Shown here piece after piece: positions 18,763 through 27,448 of a DNA stretch of 30,861 nt. The translations under genes and the position numbers were made by a program. The stretch lies in contig JAZKIQ010000003.1 of the NCBI GenBank assembly GCA_040384765.1, positions 51,461 through 82,321 of the forward strand, in the 5' to 3' direction. Position 1 is the first letter of the stretch. Each line of letters begins with the position of its first letter. The notes beneath the pieces were generated by a model. That model was not told the origin of the DNA. It worked only from the letters and a program-made list of their open reading frames with translations, and did no database searches. This stretch comes from Patescibacteria group bacterium. Its GTDB lineage: Bacteria > Patescibacteriota > Minisyncoccia > Phycocordibacterales > JBBUBG01.

Positions 18763-19575
18763 ATGGGCATTCGGCAACTCGGCACAATCGTATCAGGCTC
18801 TCTATCGACAGTGCTCCGCTCGGCCCGCTTTCTTGGCGGTCATGACTTCCTTCGGTTCTGGCTCTCCAAAAGGCCCGAAGAGGTGATAACACTCGGCGGC
18901 ATCCGCCTGGGGATCCGCTCATACTCACTCCGCCAAAAGATGGTAGACCTGTTTGTTGCGACCTACTGCATTCTCGATCGTGAGTACAATCCTCCTGGCT
19001 TTGAGCTGAAGGCTGACGATACGGTCATAGATATCGGTGGGCATATCGGCTCCTTTGCACTCCTCGCCGCAAAGAGTGCTCCGAACGGAAAAGTGTACAC
19101 ATTCGAGCCGGATGCGCAAAACTTCTCGAGAATCAAGCGCAACATCGATCTCAACTCCCTTTCAAACATCCATCCGATAAACAGCGCTGTCGTATCTACG
19201 AACGCACCCACTGCCTACTATCGTAACGAAACGAATGACTCTTCAAGTAGCCTGACTCGCCCCGTGGGTGCTCAGAGCACGGTCTCTGGCATCTCGCTCG
19301 TGCAGTTTTTTACAGACCACTCAATCGAAAAGGTTGATTTTATGAAAATTGACTGCGAGGGGAGCGAGTACGACATTATCTTCAACACGCCCGATTCGCT
19401 ATTCAAGAAGATCCGCACCATGGCGATTGAGGTGCACGATCCGCGATACTTTCATCTGCCGAGAGACCGCTACAACAAGCACGTGTTTCTGCGCCGTTTG
19501 CATGAGCTCGGGTATACAACAAAGGTAGTGTACGAGACGCACCTGCACGATCTCATATTTGCCCGACGACCATGA
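18763..19575 (+). CDS. FkbM-family methyltransferase
   Basis: TVIDIGGHIG, TFEPD, NIDLN, VDFMKIDCEGSEY, IEVH. Likely start ATG 18763. Confidence 0.9.
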   Translation: MGIRQLGTIVSGSLSTVLRSARFLGGHDFLRFWLSKRPEEVITLGGIRLGIRSYSLRQKMVDLFVATYCILDREYNPPGFELKADDTVIDIGGHIGSFALLAAKSAPNGKVYTFEPDAQNFSRIKRNIDLNSLSNIHPINSAVVSTNAPTAYYRNETNDSSSSLTRPVGAQSTVSGISLVQFFTDHSIEKVDFMKIDCEGSEYDIIFNTPDSLFKKIRTMAIEVHDPRYFHLPRDRYNKHVFLRRLHELGYTTKVVYETHLHDLIFARRP

Positions 19576-21332
19576 TCTCCACTCGACTTCGCCGACACTG
19601 GGCAGCTCTTATTGCCGCACTTCTCATGGGGCTTCTCTATGCAAGCTTTCACTTTTTCATACAAAAAGAGGTTACGGCTCTCGGGAGAGAGTACGAACCA
19701 GCACCTGCTGAAGGCAACCTCGACGAGGGATACTACGCCTTGCGAGCGGCGCGGGCCTACGCGGGTGAGGGAAGAATCGGAGATATCAATCTGGTCGAGT
19801 ACAAAGGAACTCCCTCCTTTCTTCCACTAGCAAACCCCCACATCTTCTCCCTCCTCGCCGCGGCGTTAGGATCACTTGATCGCGCCTTTATTGCGTCAGA
19901 TTTTCTCTTTAGTGGGATCATCTTTTTTCTTATCTACCTTATCGCACTCGAGGTTGGCATTCCGCGAGGAGGAGCAACGGTTTTTTCATTCTTCTTTATG
20001 ATTGCGCCAAAGTTTGCCCTGTTCCCTTCGGGAGGCGCGCTCCCCTTTTTCGAACCCGCCCGAGCACTGTTCTTTTCGCGCTTTGACTACCCGAGCCTCA
20101 CCTATATCTTTTATGCACTGGTCCTCTACCTTGCAGCCCGACTCGCCGCACGAAAGGAAGAGCACGTATCAGTTCTTCTTGGTATCGCGGCAGGTTTTAC
20201 TTTTTATACCTATCTCTATGACTGGGTGTACCTCTTCGGAGCCCTCATCTTGCTCGTACTCTTTTTTTCTCTCCAAGGCGAGCGCGAGCGGGCACTCTTC
20301 TTTGCTCGAGCCATCCTGATAGGCCTCTTCGTTAGCATCCCGTACTGGATCAACTTCGTGGAGCTTGTATCGTTGCCCTCCTATACAGATCTTGCGGAGC
20401 GGATCGGCCTTGAGCACGGCCGGTTCTTCCGAGTTGCGGTGGTCTGGCCGAGCTATGTTCGGCATCTCGGACTTCTTCTCCTGCTTGCCCTTTCCGGACA
20501 TCTCCGAAAAGAAAAAAACGTGCTCACTTTTTTTGCCGCACTCCTTCTGCCAATCTTCGTACTTCTCAACCTTCAGGTGATCACTGGCTTCGTTCCCCAT
20601 CCCGACCACTGGCAAAGGACGTGGCTGCTGCCCCTCGGGCTCGCCGCTGCTCTTGTGCTCTACGAAGCATACAGAGCATACCGGAGCGCATTCTCTCCTC
20701 TTGCTCGACCACTTTTAAGGACTCTTGGTGTATGTGTGATCACAAGCAGCGCACTCTATGGAATATGGGTACAAAGGACCCTTGCGCATGAACAAGCAGC
20801 TGCTTTTACCCGCGAGAACTCTCATGCGGCAGCATATGAGTGGCTTCGCGCAAACACACCAAAGGATTCTGTCGTCGGCACCCTCTCATCGAGAACCAAC
20901 GACGAGATCATTCTCCATACGAACAACAAAATCTATACTCCGAATGGGCTCCATACTGTTGCACCGACAGCAGAGATCTGGGAGCGCATCCGCCATGCCG
21001 CCCGGCTCTTCGACCTTTCCACAGAAGAGTTCCGTGCACTCACACAAAAACAGACTCTCTATTTTTTCACAGATCTCTACCACCGCGATAGTTCATTCAA
21101 TGCGTATTTCCGCAGAACATACCGGGAAATTCCCAAAGAAATTCTTGAAAAAGAGAGCTGGCTCTACGAATCAGAGAAGCTCAACTCGTATATGCCAACA
21201 TACGAGCTCGACTACCTTTTAATTGACGACCGTACACAACTACTCGAGGGCAAAGATGAAGCTCTTTCTCTCTGGGGAAAGCTCGTATACACCTCAGACG
21301 AACTATCTATCTACAAAAGTATCCTGGAGTAG
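19572..21332 (+). CDS. Polytopic membrane protein, probable GT-C-fold glycosyltransferase
   Basis: About 11-13 hydrophobic segments, an acidic LDEGYY loop after TM1, and a soluble C-terminal domain (AYEWLRANTPKDSVV...LDYLLID...LVY) like those of ArnT/STT3-type proteins. ATGA-coupled to the FkbM gene. Confidence 0.6.
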   Translation: MISTRLRRHWAALIAALLMGLLYASFHFFIQKEVTALGREYEPAPAEGNLDEGYYALRAARAYAGEGRIGDINLVEYKGTPSFLPLANPHIFSLLAAALGSLDRAFIASDFLFSGIIFFLIYLIALEVGIPRGGATVFSFFFMIAPKFALFPSGGALPFFEPARALFFSRFDYPSLTYIFYALVLYLAARLAARKEEHVSVLLGIAAGFTFYTYLYDWVYLFGALILLVLFFSLQGERERALFFARAILIGLFVSIPYWINFVELVSLPSYTDLAERIGLEHGRFFRVAVVWPSYVRHLGLLLLLALSGHLRKEKNVLTFFAALLLPIFVLLNLQVITGFVPHPDHWQRTWLLPLGLAAALVLYEAYRAYRSAFSPLARPLLRTLGVCVITSSALYGIWVQRTLAHEQAAAFTRENSHAAAYEWLRANTPKDSVVGTLSSRTNDEIILHTNNKIYTPNGLHTVAPTAEIWERIRHAARLFDLSTEEFRALTQKQTLYFFTDLYHRDSSFNAYFRRTYREIPKEILEKESWLYESEKLNSYMPTYELDYLLIDDRTQLLEGKDEALSLWGKLVYTSDELSIYKSILE

Positions 21333-21351
21333 TTGATCCTTTTTGCGAGAG

Positions 21352-22284
21352 CTACTCGATAAGCATGGAAAGAAGCCTTGAAGAAAGCTGTCGAAAGTGC
21401 GGAGCGACCGCTTGGCGCGCATGGGCCGATAGGCCACGCGAGACGAGTTCACCTTCCCAGCCATCAGGATACATAAAACGTGAAGGCCAGGGGGAGACGG
21501 GGGTATGGAAGCCAGCGGTAAACATAAAACGCTCACGCGAACGGGCATGCCCTCCTTTGTGAAGACCGGCAGTGTTTGCAAATATCACCGTTCCAGCTGG
21601 AGCTGCATATGACTGAATAAACGAAGGGTCGACTTTTTGCTCTACTCGTCCAAGAGGAGGATATGTGGCCTCCGGTGTGCGCGCAGGAAAGACTGATCCC
21701 CACCGAAGCCCGGAAGCAGACTGTCGAACATAGGTAAACGGACCGCTCTCTTCATCGACCGGAGAGAGATAGATAAACATCTTCAGGAGCTTGATATCTT
21801 CCGGGTCGCGATGCCATCGCTGAGACGACTGAGCAGCCTCGCTTCCCACCGGCACAGTCACATTGAGGGTTAGGTTGTATAGAACGGGACGCGTACCGAG
21901 ATATGTCTCCGCAAGAGAAAGCATGTGCTTCGAGAGCACGGTCACCAGGAATGGATTTTTGAAATCAACAGGAAAGGGATCGGCCCAGAGATATTGAATG
22001 AACTGTTTTCCAGGAATGAGCGAGCGCTTTTCTTTACTTTTCCGCTCTTCTTCAGCCCACGAGCGAAGCATGGCAAATGTGCCCGTGCCAAAAAGCTCAT
22101 CTACGGTAGTAACAGCAATTCCCTCTCGCGCAAGTTCATCTGAAAGAGTCTGCCAAATCGCAGGAGCACTGGGATCGAGTGGAGTCGAAAATTTTGGCCC
22201 AAAGATTCGCTGAACAGGAGCCGAATAGAAAACCTTGAAATAGGTCCGCAGCAGCCTCTTTTGGACTCTAGAGAAGACGCTCAT
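21352..22284 (-). CDS. Fe(II)/2-oxoglutarate dioxygenase, PhyH-like (paralog of 12488..13465)
   Basis: RWHRDPED, KMFIYLSPVD, GPFTYV, AGTVIFANTAGLHKGG, ERFMFTAGF. Confidence 0.8.
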   Translation of the reverse strand: MSVFSRVQKRLLRTYFKVFYSAPVQRIFGPKFSTPLDPSAPAIWQTLSDELAREGIAVTTVDELFGTGTFAMLRSWAEEERKSKEKRSLIPGKQFIQYLWADPFPVDFKNPFLVTVLSKHMLSLAETYLGTRPVLYNLTLNVTVPVGSEAAQSSQRWHRDPEDIKLLKMFIYLSPVDEESGPFTYVRQSASGLRWGSVFPARTPEATYPPLGRVEQKVDPSFIQSYAAPAGTVIFANTAGLHKGGHARSRERFMFTAGFHTPVSPWPSRFMYPDGWEGELVSRGLSAHARQAVAPHFRQLSSRLLSMLIE

Positions 22285-22422
22285 CGATACATATTAGCAG
22301 AGCACGCCACAGAAGATTATTGACAAGAGCATAGATTAATTATGCTTCCACCTTGGCATCCAGGAAGCGTGAGCACAACAACATCTCAAAAATTCCCCCA
22401 ATAAAGAGTGACTACTGTCCAT

Positions 22423-22457
22423 AAAAAAACGCTCGAAACTGTAGTTTCGAGCGTTTT
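22423..22457 (-). terminator. Intrinsic terminator downstream of the EamA gene (possibly bidirectional)
   Basis: Inverted repeat AAAACGCTCGAAACT-GT-AGTTTCGAGCGTTTT, with a T7 tract on the minus strand. Confidence 0.8.
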
Positions 22458-22496
22458 GCCTACCTCCTGGTGAGTTCGTTTATTGGATAGCTCAGA

Positions 22497-23444
22497 CTAG
22501 AAACCGAGCAGGATCGCTCCGAGGACCATCACCACCGCCGGTCTCCAGCGCGTAGCGGCCTTCACCTCTCCCAGGAAGAAGTAGGCGAGGAGGAGCACCA
22601 CGATCGTCTGCGTCCTCTTGAGCGCGCCGATGTACGACGCGAACCCGAAGTAGAGCGATGACTCGAACAGCCCCAGGTAGATCGCGAAGATGAACGGGTT
22701 CACGAGGAGCATGGGCAGGTCTGCCTTCGAGACCTGCGTGTACTCCCGCGACCGCAAGCATGTCGGAAGCATGATGAGTCCGCACATAAAGAACTTGAGC
22801 CCGGCAGAAAAGAGAGACGAGCTTCGAAGCACCACGAGCTTGTCGACGTTGATAGCAACAGCGCCCGAGCACGCGACCACGAACGCGATCTTCACCCCCT
22901 TGTTTCGAAACAGCATCTGTACCGGCGCGAAGTAGCGTGCCTTTTCACCAGTCCACGCGAGCCATCTCGGCGCCACCCACGGCTTCCCTTTCTCCTCGTA
23001 CACCTGCTCCCCGATGGCGAGCAGATAGGTACCGAAGGCGATGAGGAAAAGTCCGATATATCCAGTAGCCGAAGGTACTTCGCCGAGGATGAGCATCGCA
23101 GGGATGAGCACGACCATCGGCTGCGCAGCTGAGATCGGGGCCACGAGCGAAGCATCTGCGTGCTTGAGCGCGTGGATATTTCCGAACTGAATCACGACGT
23201 TGAACAGCGTAGTGATAATGAGCGGCCAGAGGAGACCGCGGGGCCAGTCGAGCCAGCTCTCGATCGTCGGAGGCATAAACAGCCCCGAGGCGACGAGCAG
23301 AAGCAGGCCACCACAGATCATATTCACCACCCCGATCAGGTTGGCCGGCACGTTCTTGCCGAGGAGCTTCTTGTTCACCGTGGTAGCGATGGCTGACAAG
23401 AAAATCCCCAACACCATGAGCACAAAACCCTGCCACTCGATCAT
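22497..23444 (-). CDS. EamA/DMT-family transporter
   Basis: About 10 TM segments in two repeats; ALKHADASLVAPI...ILGE and ASYIGALKR...FFLGE; SD sequence GGAGG. Confidence 0.88.
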   Translation of the reverse strand: MIEWQGFVLMVLGIFLSAIATTVNKKLLGKNVPANLIGVVNMICGGLLLLVASGLFMPPTIESWLDWPRGLLWPLIITTLFNVVIQFGNIHALKHADASLVAPISAAQPMVVLIPAMLILGEVPSATGYIGLFLIAFGTYLLAIGEQVYEEKGKPWVAPRWLAWTGEKARYFAPVQMLFRNKGVKIAFVVACSGAVAINVDKLVVLRSSSLFSAGLKFFMCGLIMLPTCLRSREYTQVSKADLPMLLVNPFIFAIYLGLFESSLYFGFASYIGALKRTQTIVVLLLAYFFLGEVKAATRWRPAVVMVLGAILLGF

Positions 23445-23535
23445 GCTGTTCCTCCATTTCTTCTACCGCTTGCTCAAAGCATGGCTTTCAAAAAGGTTCT
23501 GACAAGTGAGCGCTCATCAGCGTTTTCCAAAAGTG

Positions 23536-23564
23536 AAATTACCACAAAAAGAAGTACACGGCAA
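23536..23564 (-). promoter_or_regulatory. Putative sigma70 promoter of the EamA gene
   Basis: TTGCCG, 17 nt spacer ending in TGG, TAATTT. Confidence 0.45.
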
Positions 23565-23576
23565 GTTCTCCGTTAT

Positions 23577-23612
23577 AAAAAAATAGAGGTGCTGTCTTTC
23601 GACAACACCTCT
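23577..23612 (-). terminator. Intrinsic terminator downstream of the inositol monophosphatase gene
   Basis: On the minus strand AGAGGTGTTGTC-GAAA-GACAGCACCTCT (12 bp stem with one G-U pair, GNRA loop), followed by ATTTTTTT. Confidence 0.8.
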
Positions 23613-23638
23613 CACCCAGACCGCCACCAAAGGCGGCC

Positions 23639-24469
23639 TTACCACTCCCTCGAACGAGCAATCGAGTCAAGCAGAACTTCGTGGTACTGCCCGTTCGAGA
23701 ACATGCGACCAGGCTTCGTCCGATCCTTCTTGAAACCGTAGTTGATTGGGTTCCCCTCGAGATCGGTCGCCTTCCCGCCCGCCTCCTCGATGATCAAGTG
23801 ACCAGCAGAGGTGTCCCACGGAGTATCTCCCGTGAAGATCGTTCCCACGAAGACACCGCGCGCGACGAGCATGTCGAGGTACCCCATCGAGGCGATCATG
23901 ACCGACCGGAGGCCACTCTTGCCGAGCAGCTTTCCGACATCGAACATGTCGAGGCCGGGCACATGAGGAGCGGTGGCGAGCCCTACTGCCGGCTTTCCTT
24001 TCGATCCATCGCCTGGCATACATTCCGACACTCGAATGCAATGGGTATTCGTTCGGGTCCGAACGAAGGCCCCCTCTCCCCGAACTGCGTAGTACAGTGC
24101 GTCAGCGTACGGATTGCACACCACGCTCATCTGGGGTTTCCCCTCGAAGAGCAGAGCCGCCATGAACGTGCTTGCCGGAAGGCCCCAGGTGAAGGGCAGG
24201 GTGCCGTCGATCGGGTCGATCTGGAGCTGCCACGGGCTTTCGGCCCGGACGCTCTCCTCTTCGCCGAGGATGTCGATCCCGGGCGCATCTCTTTGCACCT
24301 CGGAAATCACAAACCTGTTCACCTCCCCATCAGCTGTGGTGACAGGAGACTGGTCCTCCTTAAACGTCGTCGTGAAGCCCGAGGTAAAGCGCTTCTCGAT
24401 GATCAATCCAGCAGCTCGAGCGATCCCGAGGAATCTCCCGCGACTTAGCGGAAAATCAGGAACCGTCAT
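23639..24469 (-). CDS. Inositol monophosphatase family protein (SuhB/HisN/CysQ-like)
   Basis: SPVTTAD, LGEE, IDPIDGT, WDTSAGHLIIEEAGGKATD; purine-rich SD upstream. Confidence 0.92.
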   Translation of the reverse strand: MTVPDFPLSRGRFLGIARAAGLIIEKRFTSGFTTTFKEDQSPVTTADGEVNRFVISEVQRDAPGIDILGEEESVRAESPWQLQIDPIDGTLPFTWGLPASTFMAALLFEGKPQMSVVCNPYADALYYAVRGEGAFVRTRTNTHCIRVSECMPGDGSKGKPAVGLATAPHVPGLDMFDVGKLLGKSGLRSVMIASMGYLDMLVARGVFVGTIFTGDTPWDTSAGHLIIEEAGGKATDLEGNPINYGFKKDRTKPGRMFSNGQYHEVLLDSIARSREW

Positions 24470-24534
24470 CGCACTCTCCCTTCTCTCGACAACGAGGCTT
24501 TCGTTTGAAAATCTCGTTCTGTGTATCTAGTGAT

Positions 24535-24563
24535 TTTTTACCATTTAAATTCAAGGTAGTCAA
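24535..24563 (-). promoter_or_regulatory. Putative sigma70 promoter of the inositol monophosphatase gene
   Basis: TTGACT, 17 nt spacer ending in TGG, TAAAAA. Confidence 0.45.
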
Positions 24564-24578
24564 TGGCTACTTTTGACG

Positions 24579-24615
24579 ACATAAAACCCCTGATCAAAGA
24601 TCAGGGGTTTTATGT
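24579..24615. terminator. Perfect 17-bp inverted repeat, likely terminator after neuB
   Basis: ACATAAAACCCCTGATC-AAA-GATCAGGGGTTTTATGT, 12 nt past the neuB stop. Confidence 0.8.
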
Positions 24616-24627
24616 TGCATCTCCTAC

Positions 24628-26187
24628 CTAGTCGAGGTTTTCTCCGAGATGATCGAACTGATGGCGGCCCCAGTTTACGAGGCGCGTCTTGCGCTCATCC
24701 CGAGGAATTTTTGATACAGCCCGATCGATATAAAACGAGTCGCTGCCAACCGCTGTAGTTGAGATCTCTTCAAGAACGGCACCCGTCTCTGTACCAAACG
24801 CATGCCAAGTGCCACGCGGTACCCAGAGCGTGTCGCCAGGATAGAGGATCTTCTTACGGCCTTCAATCTCTGCGAGCAATATGCCCGAAAGCACATAGAA
24901 GGTCTCGTCTTTCTGTTTGTGATAATGGGTTGGGTTCCACTGACCGGGCGTCTGAATGATCAGCTTCTTCGCATACTCGCGGTTGAAACATTCAATGATG
25001 GTGCAGCCGTACTGCTCAAACTGAGAAAGCCCGTAGTGGTGCGAAAGCTCTACGGCAAACTCATGGCCGATATGGATCTGTGCATTGTTGAGCATCCCTT
25101 TCGCGGTACGAATTGAGCCGTACACAATATCTTTCTTTGTCGGACGCGGTGGCTCAACCTTTGCCGGAAGCGCTTCGTTCACGCCGTAGTCCTGGGCAGC
25201 AATATAGCCTTCCTGAAATCGCCCTGAGCGCATCTGGTCTTGCTGCAGTGGAAATGCAAAGTAGATATCTTCACGCTTGATCACCTCCCCCGCCCTGATC
25301 TCGCGCTTTGCCCATACACCACGCATGAGTGAGCGAAGGTCCTCTTTTTCTTTATCCGAAATCTCTCGCTCTCCTTCGTGGCCACAGAGTGCCACTGCAT
25401 GCTTTTGTGCGTCCACCCACGCGCGCACCTGAGCAGGTGTTGCTGAGTAGGCATTGAGCTTGATCGTGTCGGTCGCGACGCCTACGTGCTTTTCAAAAAT
25501 ACGAGCACCCTTTGCGTAGGCAAGCCCCACGATCGTCGTGTCAGAGGGATCCTCGTGTGTCGAAAATCCGATCGTTACACCTGGATAGCGCTTCTTCATC
25601 ACCTCGATCTGATTGAGGTGAAACTTCTCCTCAGGGGTTGGGTAGATTGCAACACAGTGCATGAGGGCAAACTGCACTGCACGATGCTCGAGAAAGCTTA
25701 CGATCCGGTCGATCTCTACCATGCGGAGACCGCCCGTTGAAACGATCATCGGCTTACCTGCCTCTGCAGCACGCGCGATAAGAGGCCAGTCATGCGCTGA
25801 ACAGCTTCCGATTTTAACGATATCGACGTCCAGCTTTTCAATAAGATCAACCGACGGCTCATCGAAGGGTGTCACCATAGTAAGCAAACCTTGCGCACGA
25901 GTTTCATCGAGGAGCTCCTTAAACTGGTCGGCCGAAAGACGCGTCGAGAGAAAGCGAGGGATATGCTTGTTTTCTGTGCTTCCCTTGAAATCAGGATGGA
26001 TAAAGGTGTCGAGATCGCGAAACTGCAACTTTACTGCTGCGCGGATTCCCTTCTCACGCGCGAGCGCCGCCATCTCACGAATGATCAGTTTTCCATGTTC
26101 GACAGAACCCTGATGGTTGTTGGCCATCTCAAATACAAAAAGATTCTCAAAATCAAAGATATGGTTATCTGGAGGAAATGTGGCCAT
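24628..26187 (-). CDS. neuB: NeuB-family (N-acetylneuraminate synthase-like) PEP-dependent ulosonate synthase, with a SAF domain and a C-terminal cupin (D-lyxose-isomerase-like)
   Basis: FEMANNHQG, AVKLQ, TPFDE, KIGS, IVSTGG, MHCVAIYP, GFSTHE, EKH; SAF region RGVWAKREIRAGEVI; cupin YAKKLI...HYHKQKDETF...WHAF...EEIST. Likely start ATG 26187. Confidence 0.9.
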   Translation of the reverse strand: MATFPPDNHIFDFENLFVFEMANNHQGSVEHGKLIIREMAALAREKGIRAAVKLQFRDLDTFIHPDFKGSTENKHIPRFLSTRLSADQFKELLDETRAQGLLTMVTPFDEPSVDLIEKLDVDIVKIGSCSAHDWPLIARAAEAGKPMIVSTGGLRMVEIDRIVSFLEHRAVQFALMHCVAIYPTPEEKFHLNQIEVMKKRYPGVTIGFSTHEDPSDTTIVGLAYAKGARIFEKHVGVATDTIKLNAYSATPAQVRAWVDAQKHAVALCGHEGEREISDKEKEDLRSLMRGVWAKREIRAGEVIKREDIYFAFPLQQDQMRSGRFQEGYIAAQDYGVNEALPAKVEPPRPTKKDIVYGSIRTAKGMLNNAQIHIGHEFAVELSHHYGLSQFEQYGCTIIECFNREYAKKLIIQTPGQWNPTHYHKQKDETFYVLSGILLAEIEGRKKILYPGDTLWVPRGTWHAFGTETGAVLEEISTTAVGSDSFYIDRAVSKIPRDERKTRLVNWGRHQFDHLGENLD

Positions 26188-26266
26188 GGATATAGTTATT
26201 CGTTCGGGCGCGAGATGCCTCGTGCGTATCAATTCTAAGCTCTCTTATCTAGTCTTTGTATCATGC

Positions 26267-26295
26267 GTATTACCACACTATTCCCCTCTATGCAA
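26267..26295 (-). promoter_or_regulatory. Putative promoter of neuB
   Basis: TTGCAT, 17 nt spacer ending in TGG, TAATAC. Confidence 0.4.
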
Positions 26296-26307
26296 TCCCT
26301 TTTGCCA

Positions 26308-26335
26308 GAGAGAAAGAAGCGGGGAGTCCACCCCG
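26308..26335 (-). terminator. Putative terminator after the kinase gene
   Basis: On the minus strand CGGGG-TGGACT-CCCCG, followed by CTTCTTTCTCTC. Confidence 0.5.
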
Positions 26336-26374
26336 GTATTCTCGATAACTCGACGGCAGTAGGTATGGTTTCAA

Positions 26375-27448
26375 CTACTCTTTTCCAAGATGTTTCTCAA
26401 TCCAAGGTAGGTCAAGAAATGAAAGAAGCTCCGGGAGCATCTCGATGCGTCGCAAAAGATGCTTTTCGATTTTTTGCGTAAGCTCAGGGAGACGGTTTCC
26501 CTCAAAGTGGTGCCTTCGGAGGCTCCGAAGCACGCGCATCATATCCCAGCGGATCGCAGCAGGCAGTATGAGCTCGTACTCCTCTGGAAGCAGCGGATTT
26601 TCCTTGTGATACGCTTTCAAAAAAGTACGCACCTGCTCTTCAGTCTGCGCATGCTTCCCAGCCTCATACCCTTTCCAGCCGAGAGAAAGGAGCGCGGCGC
26701 CAATATCCCACAGCGCTGGCCCTGTTCCCATCTGATCGATATCGATGAGCCCGCGAAGCGATCCATCCGGCGAATAGAGGCCATTGCCCATATGAAAATC
26801 ACCGTGACGAACTGTTTGCATACGCACACCATCGTCAAAAGGCACCCTATCGAGATATTCTATCTGCTTATCGATAAAAGAGATCTTCTCACGAACCAAA
26901 GCGCATACCAGGGGCAACTCGCACTCATGCAAAGAAAGAAACTGCTCGCGGTGAACTGGGCCGTAGAGCGCACGCGATTCTTCGTACGGTTTTTCTTGCG
27001 GAATCTGTTCTGAAATAGTCTGCACTTCTTCGGGATGCTCGCGAAGATAGAGAGCCCCCTGCGCATGGAAAAGACCGAGTGCTCGCCCAGCTTCATGAGA
27101 AAAAGGTTCAGAAAATTCGTACGGCACACCAGGGATATGATCCATCAGCACAAAGAAACGCTCCCCCGCCTCTTCTGAGAGCAATGCTACAAACTGTCCC
27201 ATATGTGTACGATATACCCTGGGAAGCGGCACACCGCGAGCGCGAAGCTCTTCGCTCACCGCATATGCCTTCTCGTACGGCGCACGCGACTGATGCCAGT
27301 CTGACTGTTTGAACACATACTGCTTGCCGCTTTGGTCAGTACACAAAAACACGCTACTTGAAACAGCGTCACCGCCAAGAGGCCTGACCGAAACCATCTC
27401 TATCCCATATGAGGTAGCAATAAAGCGTTTGAGCGCATTCTCGTCCAT
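26375..27448 (-). CDS. Aminoglycoside phosphotransferase / type II homoserine kinase-like small-molecule kinase
   Basis: YVFK (ATP-binding Lys), LGLFH, Brenner motif HGDFHMGN, LIDID, WDIG. Likely start ATG 27448. Confidence 0.85.
   Translation of the reverse strand: MDENALKRFIATSYGIEMVSVRPLGGDAVSSSVFLCTDQSGKQYVFKQSDWHQSRAPYEKAYAVSEELRARGVPLPRVYRTHMGQFVALLSEEAGERFFVLMDHIPGVPYEFSEPFSHEAGRALGLFHAQGALYLREHPEEVQTISEQIPQEKPYEESRALYGPVHREQFLSLHECELPLVCALVREKISFIDKQIEYLDRVPFDDGVRMQTVRHGDFHMGNGLYSPDGSLRGLIDIDQMGTGPALWDIGAALLSLGWKGYEAGKHAQTEEQVRTFLKAYHKENPLLPEEYELILPAAIRWDMMRVLRSLRRHHFEGNRLPELTQKIEKHLLRRIEMLPELLSFLDLPWIEKHLGKE

Noticed and set aside
23470-23530. CTGATGAG...GAAA on the minus strand, resembling a hammerhead ribozyme core or the 3' part of a fluoride riboswitch
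   Set aside because: No stem II closes before the GAAA, and the 5' half of the fluoride riboswitch is absent.
23667-24530. Overlapping ORFs (124, 255 and 138 aa) across the IMPase gene
   Set aside because: These are the expected by-product of high GC3 codon usage, which suppresses stop codons in other frames.
26235-26264. 9-codon upstream ORF (MIQRLDKRA) ahead of neuB
   Set aside because: Its ATG is only 2 nt from the predicted -10, so it is probably not transcribed, and no attenuator structure is evident.
26375-27448. Aminoglycoside resistance gene
   Set aside because: Only the general APH-fold motifs are visible. Its length and context do not support a resistance call.
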